DNA of 61,126 nt, counting the filler, from Squatina squatina (Eukaryota): assembly GCA_031763465.1 (NCBI GenBank). It is 4 parts of 4 records of this genome, joined end to end, with 100 filler letters (N's around TTAATTAATTAA, not from the genome) between each part and the next. Parts side by side here need not be neighbours in the genome. Positions count along the whole stretch, not along the records: positions 30,472 to 47,190 come from JARFOE010000051.1; positions 47,291 to 61,126 come from JARFOE010000219.1; 2 more parts are not named here. One strand, 5' to 3'. The position numbers were made by a program, and so were the translations under genes. Numbering within the stretch: the first letter of the stretch is position 1; every line of letters begins with the position of its first letter. The notes under the pieces are model-generated. The model had not been told where the DNA came from, did not search any database, and saw nothing but the letters and a program-made list of their open reading frames with translations. This document shows positions 38,386-49,880 of the stretch, piece after piece.

Positions 38386-39824
38386 TGACGCCCAGAATTG
38401 GACACAATACTCCAGCTGATCAGTGATTATATAAAGGTTTAGCATAACTCACGGACAGACCAGCGATTGAACCTGGCCTGTATATTCCACCCGGCAGCTG
38501 GGCCTTCACCGAGTAGGCTAGGGCAGGAGCGCAGGCCCCAGTCTCTCTGGGGAGTTAATGAACCCATTCCCTCTCCAGATGGACTGGCAGTCTCCAAACC
38601 CTCAGAGGCTGTTTCAAAGGTTAACATCTGATTAAGTAGCTGTCAGCTCGTATGCTCATCTATTAATATTTAATAAACTTCTTCAATCAGAGGTTTGTAC
38701 GGTTTGGGGGCGGAATGGGCAAAGAGATGTCTTATCGACCTCCCTTATTTTAGCTGTAACTAATACTTTAAGTAAACTTGTTTTGGCCGCGGGTTTTTAA
38801 GTGTCTGCTACTCGGTACATCATTAGAAAAAGCTTGTTCCATTTAAAATGTAGAAAGCACATTCTGTTTTATTGAGTGGTGGAGGGCAATAGATTAACTC
38901 TTCACCCACCATGGCGCTATATCAAAGGATAGCCCAGGAGGGTGCACTACTGCAGGCGATGGGACGTACTCTCTTACGGTTGACGTGCTCTCAAATCGTA
39001 TGCCATGTCGTAAAGAANNNNNNNNNNNNNNNNNNNNNNNNNNNNNNNNNNNNNNNNNNNNNNNNNNNNNNNNNNNNNNNNNNNNNNNNNNNNNNNNNNN
39101 NNNNNNNNNNNNNNNNNGAGAGAGAGAGAGAGAGTCGTCATCCTCAGAACTGCCTGCAGAAAGCACTTCGGCAGCCACCAGACAGGGAATCGCATGCTGG
39201 GCTGCTCCGTCACTGGCCTACACCTTGGGGTTTCCCATTCCTTCATTTTTTTTTTTGTAGTCTCCTACAAATGGTGGTAACGCCTTTGGAGGATCTCCCA
39301 AAGGCTTTTAGAATTGCTGTCCCCCCGCCCCACACTGTTGTGACACTTCCTTTAATCGTAACTGGCCCTTTAAATTTCACTTCCACCCAGGTTTCCCGTT
39401 CCCACAGCTAATGCACTTCCTACACCCATTCAAATCTGCCCCTAAAGCTGTGCCAATGAGCTGGTTCCACAACACTGGGTGCCGACAGCACGCTGGCATT
39501 TGAGTCTGTCTAAAACCTGCTAATAGCCTTTCTGTTGTGAGCAAAAATGGAAAATCAAGGCTGAGGTTCCTGGAGCCATGAATAACTTTTCTTCTGGGAA
39601 GAGGAAATTCATTTTTAGCCAGGTAGCGTGGGTGTAACATTACCGATATCTATGGAGAAAGATTCCTTTGAAAATAGCATTCATCAGATTTTCAATGTTT
39701 TCTCGCTTTTCTATAATCTGAAAGAAATGACATCAAAGCATTTATTACTTATTGCACCCTTAAAAAGAAATAAAAAACCGTAACACAAAGCATATTATAT
39801 AGTACACCCTTGCTTTCAGAATAC

Positions 39825-40480
39825 TGGGGTAGAGTTTACACTTTGGGCGCAATTGACGATTCTGGTGAAAGTTGGGCCCATTTTGAGAAGTATTTGTTCC
39901 CCCCGAGTTTCCGCTCAAACTCATTTGCATATTGCCAAATGCGAAATCTGCCCTGCACCACGCAGTGGGGAGTGTTTCACAACAGCGCTTGTTTTAATTT
40001 TGCCTTAAGGACTATTCCTTGTCAATCCACCACCCGTGAGCCACTCGACTTAACATGATTGACAATGACTTTTGTAAAATATACAGAACTATTTCTGGTT
40101 AGATTGGGGTACAGTCGTCAGTGTTATAGTTTAAAAAAACAGTCCGTGCGCCCAACAAGAATCAGCCTCATTTCTGGACCTGCTCAGGTGCGCTAACGAG
40201 CGCGGTGAGTGGAAACTCGCCAAGACGATTGATGTGTTCCGTGGGGGCGTGGCCTGTTTTGTGGGAGGGGCCAGCTGCCAGCACAATGTTTTTAAAACGA
40301 GTGCAAAAGATGGCAGAAACTCCAGTTGCGCTGAACGCGATTTGGTTCAAATTCCGCGATCTTTTGGGCCGGATGCATCGATATCGGCGGAATTGTGGTG
40401 AAAGGCCCTGCACATGTGAATGAAAGCTCCGGGCCAGTACATGTCCATGTGTTTTGGATCAGTCCACTCTGCACTGGGCT
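39825..40480. mobile_element. GC/CpG-rich non-autonomous DNA transposon (Harbinger-like)
   Basis: Begins ggggtagagtttacact. CpG-rich, with no meaningful ORF, and similar in composition to the other Harbinger ends. Confidence 0.35.
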
Positions 40481-40717
40481 ACAGGCTCGTTTATCCTTGG
40501 TACAATCCAGCTGCAGTTTGAGAATAATACCACTGCACTGCCAAGATCATTAAAAGCTCTAACCATACATCAACCATCCAGCCAGAACTCTGTCAAAATA
40601 GAACGAGATATTTTTCAATGTGTAATTCATTTAGAGTACAGTAGCACAGTGGTTATGTTACTGGACAAGTAATCACAGGTCTAGACTAATCCAGAGAACG
40701 TGAGTTAACAGCGCAGT

Positions 40718-41180
40718 TAGAATCATAGAATGATACAACACAGGAGGAGGCCATTCGTCCCATCGAGCCTGTGCTGGCTCTGGGAAAGAGTGATCCAATT
40801 AGTCCCACTCCCCCGCTCTTTCCCCAGAGCCCTGTGAATGTTCCCCCTTCAAGTATTTCTCCAATTTCCTTCAATCTGTGTCCTCTGGTTCCCGACCCTC
40901 CTGCCACTGGAAACATTTCTCCTCATTTACTCGATCAAACCCCCTCCTGACTTTGAACACCTCAATTAAATCTCCCCTTAACCTTCTCTGCTCTAAGGAG
41001 AACAATCCCAGCTTCTCCAGTCTCTCCACATAACTGAAGTCCCTCAATCCTGGTACCATTCTAGTAAATGTCTTCTGCACCCTCGCCAAGGTTTGGCATC
41101 CTTCCTTAAGTGTGGTGCCCAGAATTGGACACAATACCTCAGCTGTGGCCTAACCAGTACCTTGTAACAATTTAGCTTAA
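40718..41180 (-). mobile_element. CR1 3' portion
   Basis: LARVQKTFTRMVPGLRDFSYVERLEKLGLFSLEQRRLRGDLIEVFK, plus the tail tagaatcatagaat. Confidence 0.9.
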
Positions 41181-41204
41181 CATTATAGTTCTAGTTGCCA
41201 GATT

Positions 41205-41732
41205 ATAAAAAAAAGATATAGAGGTACTGGAGAGGGTGCAGAGAAGATTTACAAAGATGATACCAGAAATGTGAGGGTGTACATATCAGGAAAGGATGAA
41301 CAGGCTGGGTCTCTTTTCTCTTGAAAAAAGAAGGCTGATGGGTGACCTAATAGAGGTCTTTAAAATTATGCAAGATTTTAATAAAGTGGATACAGAAGGA
41401 ATGTTTCCACTTGTGAGGAAGAGCGTAACTAGTGGCCATCAATATAAGATAGTCACCAAGAAATCCAATAGGGAATTCAGAAGAACCCTCTTTACCTAGA
41501 GAATGGTGAGAATGTGGAACTCAATACCACAGGGAGTGAGGGAGCGTTTGAAGCGAATTGAATAGATGCGTTTAAGGGGAGGCTAGACGAGCATATGACG
41601 AAGAAGGGAATAGAGGGTTATGCTGATAGTTAGATGAGGAAAGACGAGAGAATGCTCAAGTGGAGCGGAGCATAAACGCTGGCATGGACTGGTTAGGTCG
41701 AATGGCCTGCTTCTGTGCCATATATCCTATGT
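41205..41732 (+). mobile_element. CR1 3' portion
   Basis: DIEVLERVQRRFTKMIP...RLGLFSLEKRRLMGDLIEVFKIM, plus the 3' UTR gaatggcctgcttctgtgc. Confidence 0.9.
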
Positions 41733-42159
41733 TGTCCCTGTATGTGCCAGGGTCTCTTGCATATCTGTACAAGTTTAAACGTTTGAGGAATAATCAGAAA
41801 ATAATTCATAAAAATGCTTTCATTCCCACTACACTAAACTGCTCACCTGATGGATAGGGGAAAACTTGTTCAGTGCTGATTTTGCCTATAAAAATGTTTA
41901 TACCAAAGGATATTGACTCCTACAGAGAAAGATAATCATATTATATAAACAAAACACCCTGGAATATTTCTTGATTGTAGAGGTGGAGGAGCTATATAGC
42001 AATCAAAATTATTTTTTTCAGCATATGGACAATTAAATATTAAGTTGCTTTATTACTTTTCAAATCTAGAATGATCTCAATATTCTTCCAATAAATTCAA
42101 CCGCATGATCATCTGTGAATTTTGGTGACTACTTGCTACTTTATGCTTACTATGTCTGA

Positions 42160-42395
42160 GGGAGAACTGGATGGTGCAGTAGGTTAAACATTTTCACCTT
42201 TGGAAGCTGGGTTCCATTTCAGTCTTTGCTGATGGGATGAAAAGCTTCATTTGTTTATGGGCTGCAAGGGTCCCATGTGGAATGAGTTTGGACAATCTCA
42301 ACCCAGGTCTTTATAACAAACGCCCACACAAAGATTGCCCCTAATTTGGCCTTAATCAGCACCAAGTTGTAATTCTCAGAGCGGCTACAGGATGG
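42160..42395 (+). mobile_element. LF-SINE-like element, 5' half
   Basis: ggga.ctggatgg..cagt, tttcacct, ctgggttc, ggctg, cc.atgtggaatgagtt, tctca..ccagg, ccaca, aatttggc.ttaat..gcacc and tctcag are colinear with the LF-SINE consensus as I recall it. Confidence 0.65.
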
Positions 42396-42854
42396 TCCTC
42401 CGAATGCCTAAAGTGAAAAGTTTTCATTCACCAGCACTTGATGACCTCAAAATTTACAAAAGGCTTACTATTTGTAACCAGTTTGCAGAGAAATTAATTT
42501 GTCCTCTCAACAGGAAATTGTAATTGAATAGGACACCAAGTATTAATCTTATGACATCACTTAAGATGTCCTACTCCCTATAATAACTTCTTTCAAATTG
42601 AGAAAATGGGGGCAATGGGAGGTGAACACCAGGGTGGGGCCAGGTTACTGACAAGGTCAGATGGGGGCCAAGGTTGCCAGTTTTCCAGACTACTGTACTT
42701 CAGATCTGCGGATATAATCAGGCACCAGAACTAACTGTCATAAACACCTACTGCTCACACTTGATAAGATGCAACTGCATCTGATGAGCCACTAAAGGAG
42801 ACATTTTAGTCTTCCAAATAAAAACAGTCTCCATGGAAGCAATTACAAAGTTAC

Positions 42855-43210
42855 ACCGGCGCACTGTGGCTGCAGTGTGTACTGTGGCCACTCACCAAGG
42901 CTTCTTCACCTCCCAAACTCACGATCTTTGCCACCTAGAAGGACAAGGGCAGCAGGCTCATGGGAACACCACCACCTCCAACTTCACCTCCAAGTCACAC
43001 ACCATCCTGACTTGGAAGTATATTGCTGTTCCTTCATCGTCGCTGGGTCAAAATCCTGGATCTCCTTCCCTAACAGCACTATGGGAGTACCTTCACTACT
43101 CAGACTGCAGCAGTTCAAGAAGGCGGCTCACCACCACCTTCTCAAGGGCAACTCGGGATGGGCAATAAATGCTGGCCTTGCCAGTAACACACACATCCCA
43201 TGAACAAATA
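42855..43210 (+). mobile_element. LINE (CR1/L2 group) ORF2 C-terminus and 3' tail
   Basis: SFIVAGSKSWISFPNSTMGVPSLLRLQQFKKAAHHHL fits the SF...WN.LP......FK motif. Tail ggatgggcaataaatgctggccttgccag. Confidence 0.7.
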
Positions 43211-43404
43211 TTAGAAAAACCTGATTGGTTGTGCTTCTCTAATAAGAACGTTCTATTATCCATAAAGAACGGGGAGGCTTGGTGGAGAAATGATGGTGCA
43301 GTGCAGCCGTGCAATATACTGAGGGTTCCAACATGGCTGAGCTTATACTCGTGACTCGCTGCATGACAAATTCCCAATCTCAGCTGTGCTATCAAAGGGA
43401 AATT

Positions 43405-43740
43405 CAGAGGGAGTCTAGACAGTGCAATGGGTTGGAACATTCCCCATTCTGTTCCAGAAAAAAAGTTCAATCTCAGCTGTGATTGATGGGATGAATGTCT
43501 CCTCTTTCTCCCAGCTGCAAGGGCCCCAAATAAAATAAATGTAGTCACTCTCAATTATTTCCCAGTGAACACAAATCTATAATGCCTCACTATTAAACTA
43601 ACAAAAATTGGCAATCTCACTCAGAAGGCAATAAGGATGGCTGGTGTGAGGCGTGGAAACGTTTGTAGTGGTGCAGTAGAGGGTTGAGCTATACTGTGCA
43701 ATAACAAGTAACTTATCCTGCAACTGCCATACTGTACCCA
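43405..43740 (+). mobile_element. Second, more degenerate LF-SINE-like copy
   Basis: Shares tgatgggatgaa, gctgcaaggg.ccc, tctca, aattggcaatctca, gagggttgag and ctgccatactgtacc with 42160-42395 or the LF-SINE 3' half. Confidence 0.4.
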
Positions 43741-44174
43741 AAATGGGTCTTCAACGTTGCCATAAAGACAATGGGTGAATCGTGCCAGATTCAAAAAGAA
43801 CTTGCCAAAGAATTGCAGCTATTAAAAAAAAATACAAACTACCATGTACAGATGACTTCTGAATATCACAAAGGGAATACAGGAGTTAAAACATTTTCAC
43901 ACAAAATATACATTGCATTTGAACTCCTGAACTGTTAATGGAATTCACCAACAACTTACATTTATATAGTGCATTTAACATATTAAATGCCCCATTGGAG
44001 AAAAACCAGCACCACGGAGTAGTAAAAGATAAGAGAGATGACCAAATGCCTAGTCAAAAATATAGGTTTTGAGTNNNNNNNNNNNNNNNNNNNNNNNNNN
44101 NNNNNNNNNNNNNNNNNNNNNNNNNNNNNNNNNNNNNNNNNNNNNNNNNNNNNNNNNNNNNNNNNNNNNNNNNN

Positions 44175-44410
44175 CTAGATTCCCCTGCCATCGGGAACAT
44201 CCTCCCTGCATCTAGTCTGTCCAGTCCCGTTAGAATTTTATAAGTTTCAATGAGATCCCCTCTCATTCTTCTAAATTCGAGCGAATACAAGCCTAACCGA
44301 CCCAATCTCTCTTCATACGCCAGTCCTGCCATCCCAGGAATCAGCCTGGTGAACCTTCGCTGCACTCCCTCCACGGCAAGTACATCCTTCCTCAGATAAG
44401 GAGACCAAAA
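44175..44410 (-). mobile_element. CR1 ORF2 C-terminal fragment
   Basis: Translates to EGVQRRFTRLIPGMAGLAYEERLGRLGLYSLEFRRMRGDLIETYKIL. Confidence 0.9.
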
Positions 44411-44759
44411 CGGTAAGGGTATTAAGGGTTACGGAACCAAGGCAGGTAGATGGAGCCAACGGTGGGGACAGGCTTGAGGGGCTGAATGGCCACCTGCTGT
44501 TCCACAGCGCAGGGGGTGGGCTGAAGGGTGTCGGCAACAGCCCAGGTATGAGTCACGATCTCTCAAGATTACTAAAAAAAAAAGCACTCGAGAGAAAAAC
44601 AGGAAGTGTTGTTTGCTTGTGACCCCAAATTCTGAGAAAGGTGAAGAAGCTGCAAGCACTGGTATAACATCCTGCTATTAAAACAACCCCGCCTGTGCCA
44701 CTGGCTGCCCCACCACCCCAGGCCGACAAACTCTGTCTCCATTCTTCCCCACAACAAAA

Positions 44760-45150
44760 GCACCTTTATTTATACAGCACTTTTCACCACCTCAAGAGGT
44801 CCCAACGAGCTTTGCAGCCAATGAAGCTTTTTTTTTGAAGTGCAGTCACTGTTGTAATGTAGGAGACCAGCAGCCAATTAGAACACAGCAAGCTCCCACA
44901 AACAGCAATATGGTAAATGGCCAGATCACTTGTTGGTTGAGAGATCAATATTGGCTCAGGACACCGGGGATAACTCCCCCCGCCAGCTCTACTTCCAATA
45001 GCGGCCGTGGGATCTTTTACGTCCACCTGAGCGAGCAGACGGGAACTTCGGTTTCACGTCTCATTAGAAAGATGGCACCTCCGACAGTGCAGCGCTCCCT
45101 CAGTACTGGGAGTGACGGGCTAGATTACATGCTCGAGTCTCTGGAGTGGA
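44760..45150 (-). mobile_element. Near full-length SacSINE1-like Deu-SINE
   Basis: Tail, Deu core, gggatcttttacgtccacctgag and the tRNA-related head region ctggagtgg are all present. Confidence 0.85.
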
Positions 45151-45587
45151 AGCTTGCTGTACGCAAATTGGCTGGCGCATTTCCTGCATTACAACAGTGA
45201 TTACATAGTATATACAACACAGAACCAGTCCANNNNNNNNNNNNNNNNNNNNNNNNNNNNNNNNNNNNNNNNNNNNNNNNNNNNNNNNNNNNNNNNNNNN
45301 NNNNNNNNNNNNNNNNNNNNNNNNNNNNNNNNCAGGTGGGGGCATCCTATTGGCTCCATCCAGAGAGGACTAGGTCGGGACACTTCCTGGACTGAAATGA
45401 TATTAGCACTATTTAAGAGAGAGGTAAAGAAATAAAGAACCTACAGTTATATACATCTTTCAATTCCGCAGGATGCCTAAAGCCTAATTAAGCATTTTTG
45501 AAGTGTAGTCACTATTGTAATGTATGGAAACACGGCAGACAATTTGCACACAGCAATATCCCATAAACAGCAATCAGATGAAAGAAG

Positions 45588-45985
45588 AAAGACTTGCATT
45601 TATATAGCGCCTTTCATGACCATTGGACTTCCCAAAGCACTTTACAGCCAATGAAGTGCTTTTTGAAATGTACTTACTCTTGTAATGTAGGAAAAACGGC
45701 AGCCAATTTGCGCACAGTAAGCTCCCACAAACAGAAATATGATAATAACCAGCAATTCGAAAACTCCCCTGCTCTTCTTTGAAATAGAGCCTTGGGATCT
45801 TTTACGTCCACCTGAGAGGGCAGATGGGGCGTCAGTTTAATGCCTCGTCCAAAAGATGGCACCTCCAACAGTGCAGCACTCCCTCAGCACTGCATTGAAG
45901 TGTCGGCCTAGCTTCTGTGATCTCATCCTGAAATGGGGCTTGGCTCTCTGCCCTTCGGATTAAATGGTAGGAGTGCTACCATTCA
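45588..45985 (-). mobile_element. Near full-length SacSINE1-like Deu-SINE, preceded by a partial copy at about 45440-45580
   Basis: gacttgcatttatatagcgcctt tail through the gagtgctacca head. Confidence 0.85.
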
Positions 45986-46639
45986 TGTACAATTAAAACC
46001 CCACAGGAGAGCAGAAGGATTTTGTTTTTTGCAGATAATAGTCAGAAATTTTATCTGGACACATTCTGATGACACGATTGGTGAAACATTAATAGATAAA
46101 CTGCTGAATGAATGTTACTGCCTCAGTAATACGGCATAATACCACACTAACCAATGTCCAATGTAAGGCCTTTCTTTTGGTATCCAATGTTGTAAAGGAT
46201 AGTTTGAGGTGGTAGGTCCAAAATTTCAAAGTATAGTCTGAAAAGATAACTATTTGAGAGACTGATGAACAAAACTTTTTATGGCTAGAAATAAAAATGA
46301 TAATATGAGCGGCCACCGTTTTAACTGCTAGTGATAAGGTTACCCAGACACAATTGAATCTGGAACATTGTAGATGATCACCATATTTGAAAGATTTGTA
46401 GNNNNNNNNNNNNNNNNNNNNNNNNNNNNNNNNNNNNNNNNNNNNNNNNNNNNNNNNNNNNNNNNNNNNNNNNNNNNNNNNNNNNNNNNNNNNNNNNNNN
46501 NAATTCAATTTTTATCACAAATTATCTTCACGCCAATTCTTTAAATGCCAAATTAATGAGGCAAAAATAAAACAGCTTAATTCTAAGCTATGCATCGGTC
46601 CTTGTGTGGGAAGAGGTACTTCCTTAGCTAACACCATCG

Positions 46640-46912
46640 GAAAGCTGGACACAGCTCCACTTTGATCCAGGATCTGTTTTGGGGTCAGCCAGTTTCAGGT
46701 GGGGTGAGTGTATTATTGGCCTCAGCACCCCCAAGCTAAAGCTAGAGTCCCTGCTTCTGGCTACACTCCAACCATCTCTAGACTGGAAGTGCATGTTTGG
46801 ACAATGAGTAAAAAAAGAACTGGGCTTGACTGAGACGTCCTCAACAGTCCAAGAACCCCTCAATGCCGACAATCTAGGTCCACACATGAAGATCGGCCAG
46901 TTGGGCAAGGTC
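46640..46912 (+). mobile_element. AmnSINE2/LmeSINE1-like SINE
   Basis: attggcctcagcacccc...ctggaagtgcatgtttggac...tgccgac..tctaggtccacacatgaagatcggccagttgggcaagg. Confidence 0.65.
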
Positions 46913-47032
46913 CTTAAAACCCACCTCTATGTCCAAGATTGTGGTCACTCCTCCTAATACCTCCTCCTTTGGCTCAGCATCCATTTTTGCCTAATTACAC
47001 TGTAGGATCCTTTTCTAATGTTAAAGGCACTT
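46913..47032 (+). mobile_element. L2 LINE 3' end
   Basis: cttaaaacccacctct (LKTHL motif)...tggctcagcatccatttt...atgttaaaggcact. Confidence 0.55.
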
Positions 47033-47190
47033 TTTTTTTTTTTTTTACACACAGGGTGGTGGGTGTCTGGAATTTTCTGCCCGAATTGGTGGTGGAGGCA
47101 GAAACCCTGGACCTGCATCTAAAAGTGCTGTAAGTTGCAGGGCTACAGACCGGGTGCTGGAAGGTGGGATTAGAATGGGTACCTAGTTGT

Positions 47191-47290
47191 NNNNNNNNNN
47201 NNNNNNNNNNNNNNNNNNNNNNNNNNNNNNNNNNTTAATTAATTAANNNNNNNNNNNNNNNNNNNNNNNNNNNNNNNNNNNNNNNNNNNN
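47191..47290. other. Artificial scaffold-joining spacer N44-TTAATTAATTAA-N44
   Basis: 12-mer at 47235-47246. Confidence 0.95.
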
Positions 47291-48398
47291 ATGGAAGCAT
47301 TTGTGGCATATAGTTGGTCAGGTTTGAAAAACATAAATTTATATCCTGGTTATTCATGCTTTCTCATTAAAAAAATTGTATGGAATATTTTTAGTGTTAA
47401 GTTCCCAACTGTCCCAAAGCAGATACCTGATACCACCATTGCAGCCTAAAATGTTTACTGTATCTAATTTTTTTTAATCCACTTCTCTAGTTAACTTGGA
47501 ATATGCAGATTATTTTATAATATTACATCACTCAAGTTAATCTCAATTGTGTGCTAACTGCCAACATGATGGTGATAAATTGCTTGTGGAAGTTCATCTT
47601 CTATAAGGAAAGAAACTTCAGATAAACTGCCTGGGCAACTTTAAATTGCACAGAGTTGGAGTTATATTGCACCTGGTGTGAACGTAAACTGATGTGATCA
47701 CAAACACCCTTCTAGCAGGGAGTCGCATACTGGATATTTGATCAAGATCTGTCTCTCAAGTTATACTGTAACTTTCGTGTCAATGCACACCCAAAATTAT
47801 TTTGCATTGACCTGAAAATGGTAGTACACTGAAGCCTTAAATATGCGATTGTATCACCACAGAAACAGCATAGAGTCCCAGACTCTTGAATAAAATATGT
47901 TAATCTACTGAACTCTTGAAATATAAATGAGAAAATGTATGAGTCAAGTTTCTACTCACTAGAGTAGGCTGTTATCTTGATAGCTTCTACGAGAAAAAAA
48001 TGGCATCACTTACTGAATCTTAGAAGTGGCCTCAAAAAATGTCAATTAATAATTTAACGGAAAGCTGCAACATGGTCGGTGGTATCTTTCCTACGGTTAG
48101 AACACTTTTTTAAAAAAAAAATGTACACATTCACCCTATTCTGTAGCCAGTTAAATATATTTACTGAAATTTTTAATCTCCCTCCATTGTCAAAAATGTT
48201 GCATACATAGAAACATAGAAAATAGGTGCAGGAGTANNNNNNNNNNNNNNNNNNNNNNNNNNNNNNNNNNNNNNNNNNNNNNNNNNNNNNNNNNNNNNNN
48301 NNNNNNNNNNNNNNNNNNNNNNNNNNNNNNNNNNNNTTATATTCTATTCTTTATTTCGTTTTGTCTGTCAGAAGATGAAAATAGAAAACAGCACTTAC

Positions 48399-48477
48399 AA
48401 GCTCCAAGAAGGTAATGGCTGGAGGATTTTGTAGCTGTGCAGTGACGCGTCCAATTCCCCACATTCCACTCCAGCAT
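48399..48477 (-). CDS. Candidate alternative first coding exon within RTN1 intron 1
   Basis: ATG CTG GAG TGG...GGA GCT T|GTAAGT gives MLEWNVGNWTRHCTATKSSSHYLLGA. It has a consensus donor, ends in phase 1 like RTN1 exon 1, and sits in a locally CpG-richer context. Confidence 0.3.
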
Positions 48478-48789
48478 CCACGGACCCTCCTGCTGGTCCG
48501 CTTCAGTTTGACTCACACACCAAGCCAATAGTGAGGTCAATAACAAAGCAGGAAGTACTCATGCGGGCTGAATTGACACATGACAGCAACACGACACACA
48601 CACACACTACCATCAAACCTCAGTTTCTGTATAGCCTCATGGTCACAGGCTCCATTCCACAGACTCAAGGCATTCTCTCCCCCGGCCTAAGCAGATCATC
48701 CAGGATCCCCGATCCAGGGGTGTTCCCAATTGTCTGCAACTTTGTTGAAGGTTTGTTTCCTGATGGATGCTCCACATTTCCAAATCACA

Positions 48790-49880
48790 AGATAGACATG
48801 GATAGGGAAGACCATTTGACCCATCTTAGGTTATCAATCCAGAAAGAGGCTACCATCTCCCCAACACAGTATCCAATCACCTCTTAAATGATTCCAGGGC
48901 TTTTGTTTCCAATACTCTACTCAGAAGTCCATTCTGTGTGTTGATCACTATGTGGAGAACATCCTGACATTACTCCTAGAATTGCCTTTTGCCAGTTTCA
49001 ACCCATGCCTCCTTGTCCTACTGTTACATTTTAATTTGAAGCAATGTTCCACATGTACCTTTTCTATACCATTTACTATCTTATGTACCTTTATAAAATT
49101 GCCTGTCAGATGCCTGCTTTACAGGCTCAAAGGCCTAAGTTTCTCATAACTCAGATACATGATACTAGGGATAAGTCTTGTGACTTTTCTCTGAACCACC
49201 TCCAGGGTTTGACTAGAATTGGCTGACCACAGTACTATACAATTGGACTATGATATCCTATGTCTTACAACCCTACTTGGCTGTACAGGTCAGAATTATA
49301 TTTACTTCAATTGTTGGTCCAATCATGTTCAGTGTCAAGATTATTAAATCTCCTAGATTACTTAACTATTTTAGCACCACTTAGAAAATACTTTTATTCT
49401 CAATTTTCCTTCTTATATACAGCTCATTATACTTGTCTGTATTAAATTTTATCTGCCATTGTTCCACCCGCTTACATATTTTGATTAATGCTTTCCTGAA
49501 CTGCATCCGCTGCCACTTCTAGGTTGGTACCATCTGCAAATTTGACTAGTTGCACTGAGCTTCTGAATTCAAGTCTTAATATGAAATTGAAATAGTAGGG
49601 TCGCAACACCAATTCCTGGGCTGCTCCACTAGTACTTACCTGTAATGAATAATCACTGCTTTCTACCTTGCACTAATTTCTTACCTATTCACACATTTTG
49701 CCCTAAACATTAAGTTTTATTGGTAGCTGTTGTGTGTAACTTTGTCACATTTTTCTTGGAATTCAAGTTATATCACATCATAGGGCTTTCCAATCTGGAA
49801 TTGGAAAATTGATCTGTAATGTCATTTTCTCAAAATAAAGCCAGTCAAACAAAATCTTCTCCTTCTGAAACTATATTGGC
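48790..49880 (-). mobile_element. Old CR1 LINE, RT to 3' end
   Basis: catctgcaaatttg is the reverse complement of KFAD. gggtcgcaacaccaattcctggg is the reverse complement of PQ..VL.P. 3'-end signature near 48800-48900. Confidence 0.7.
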
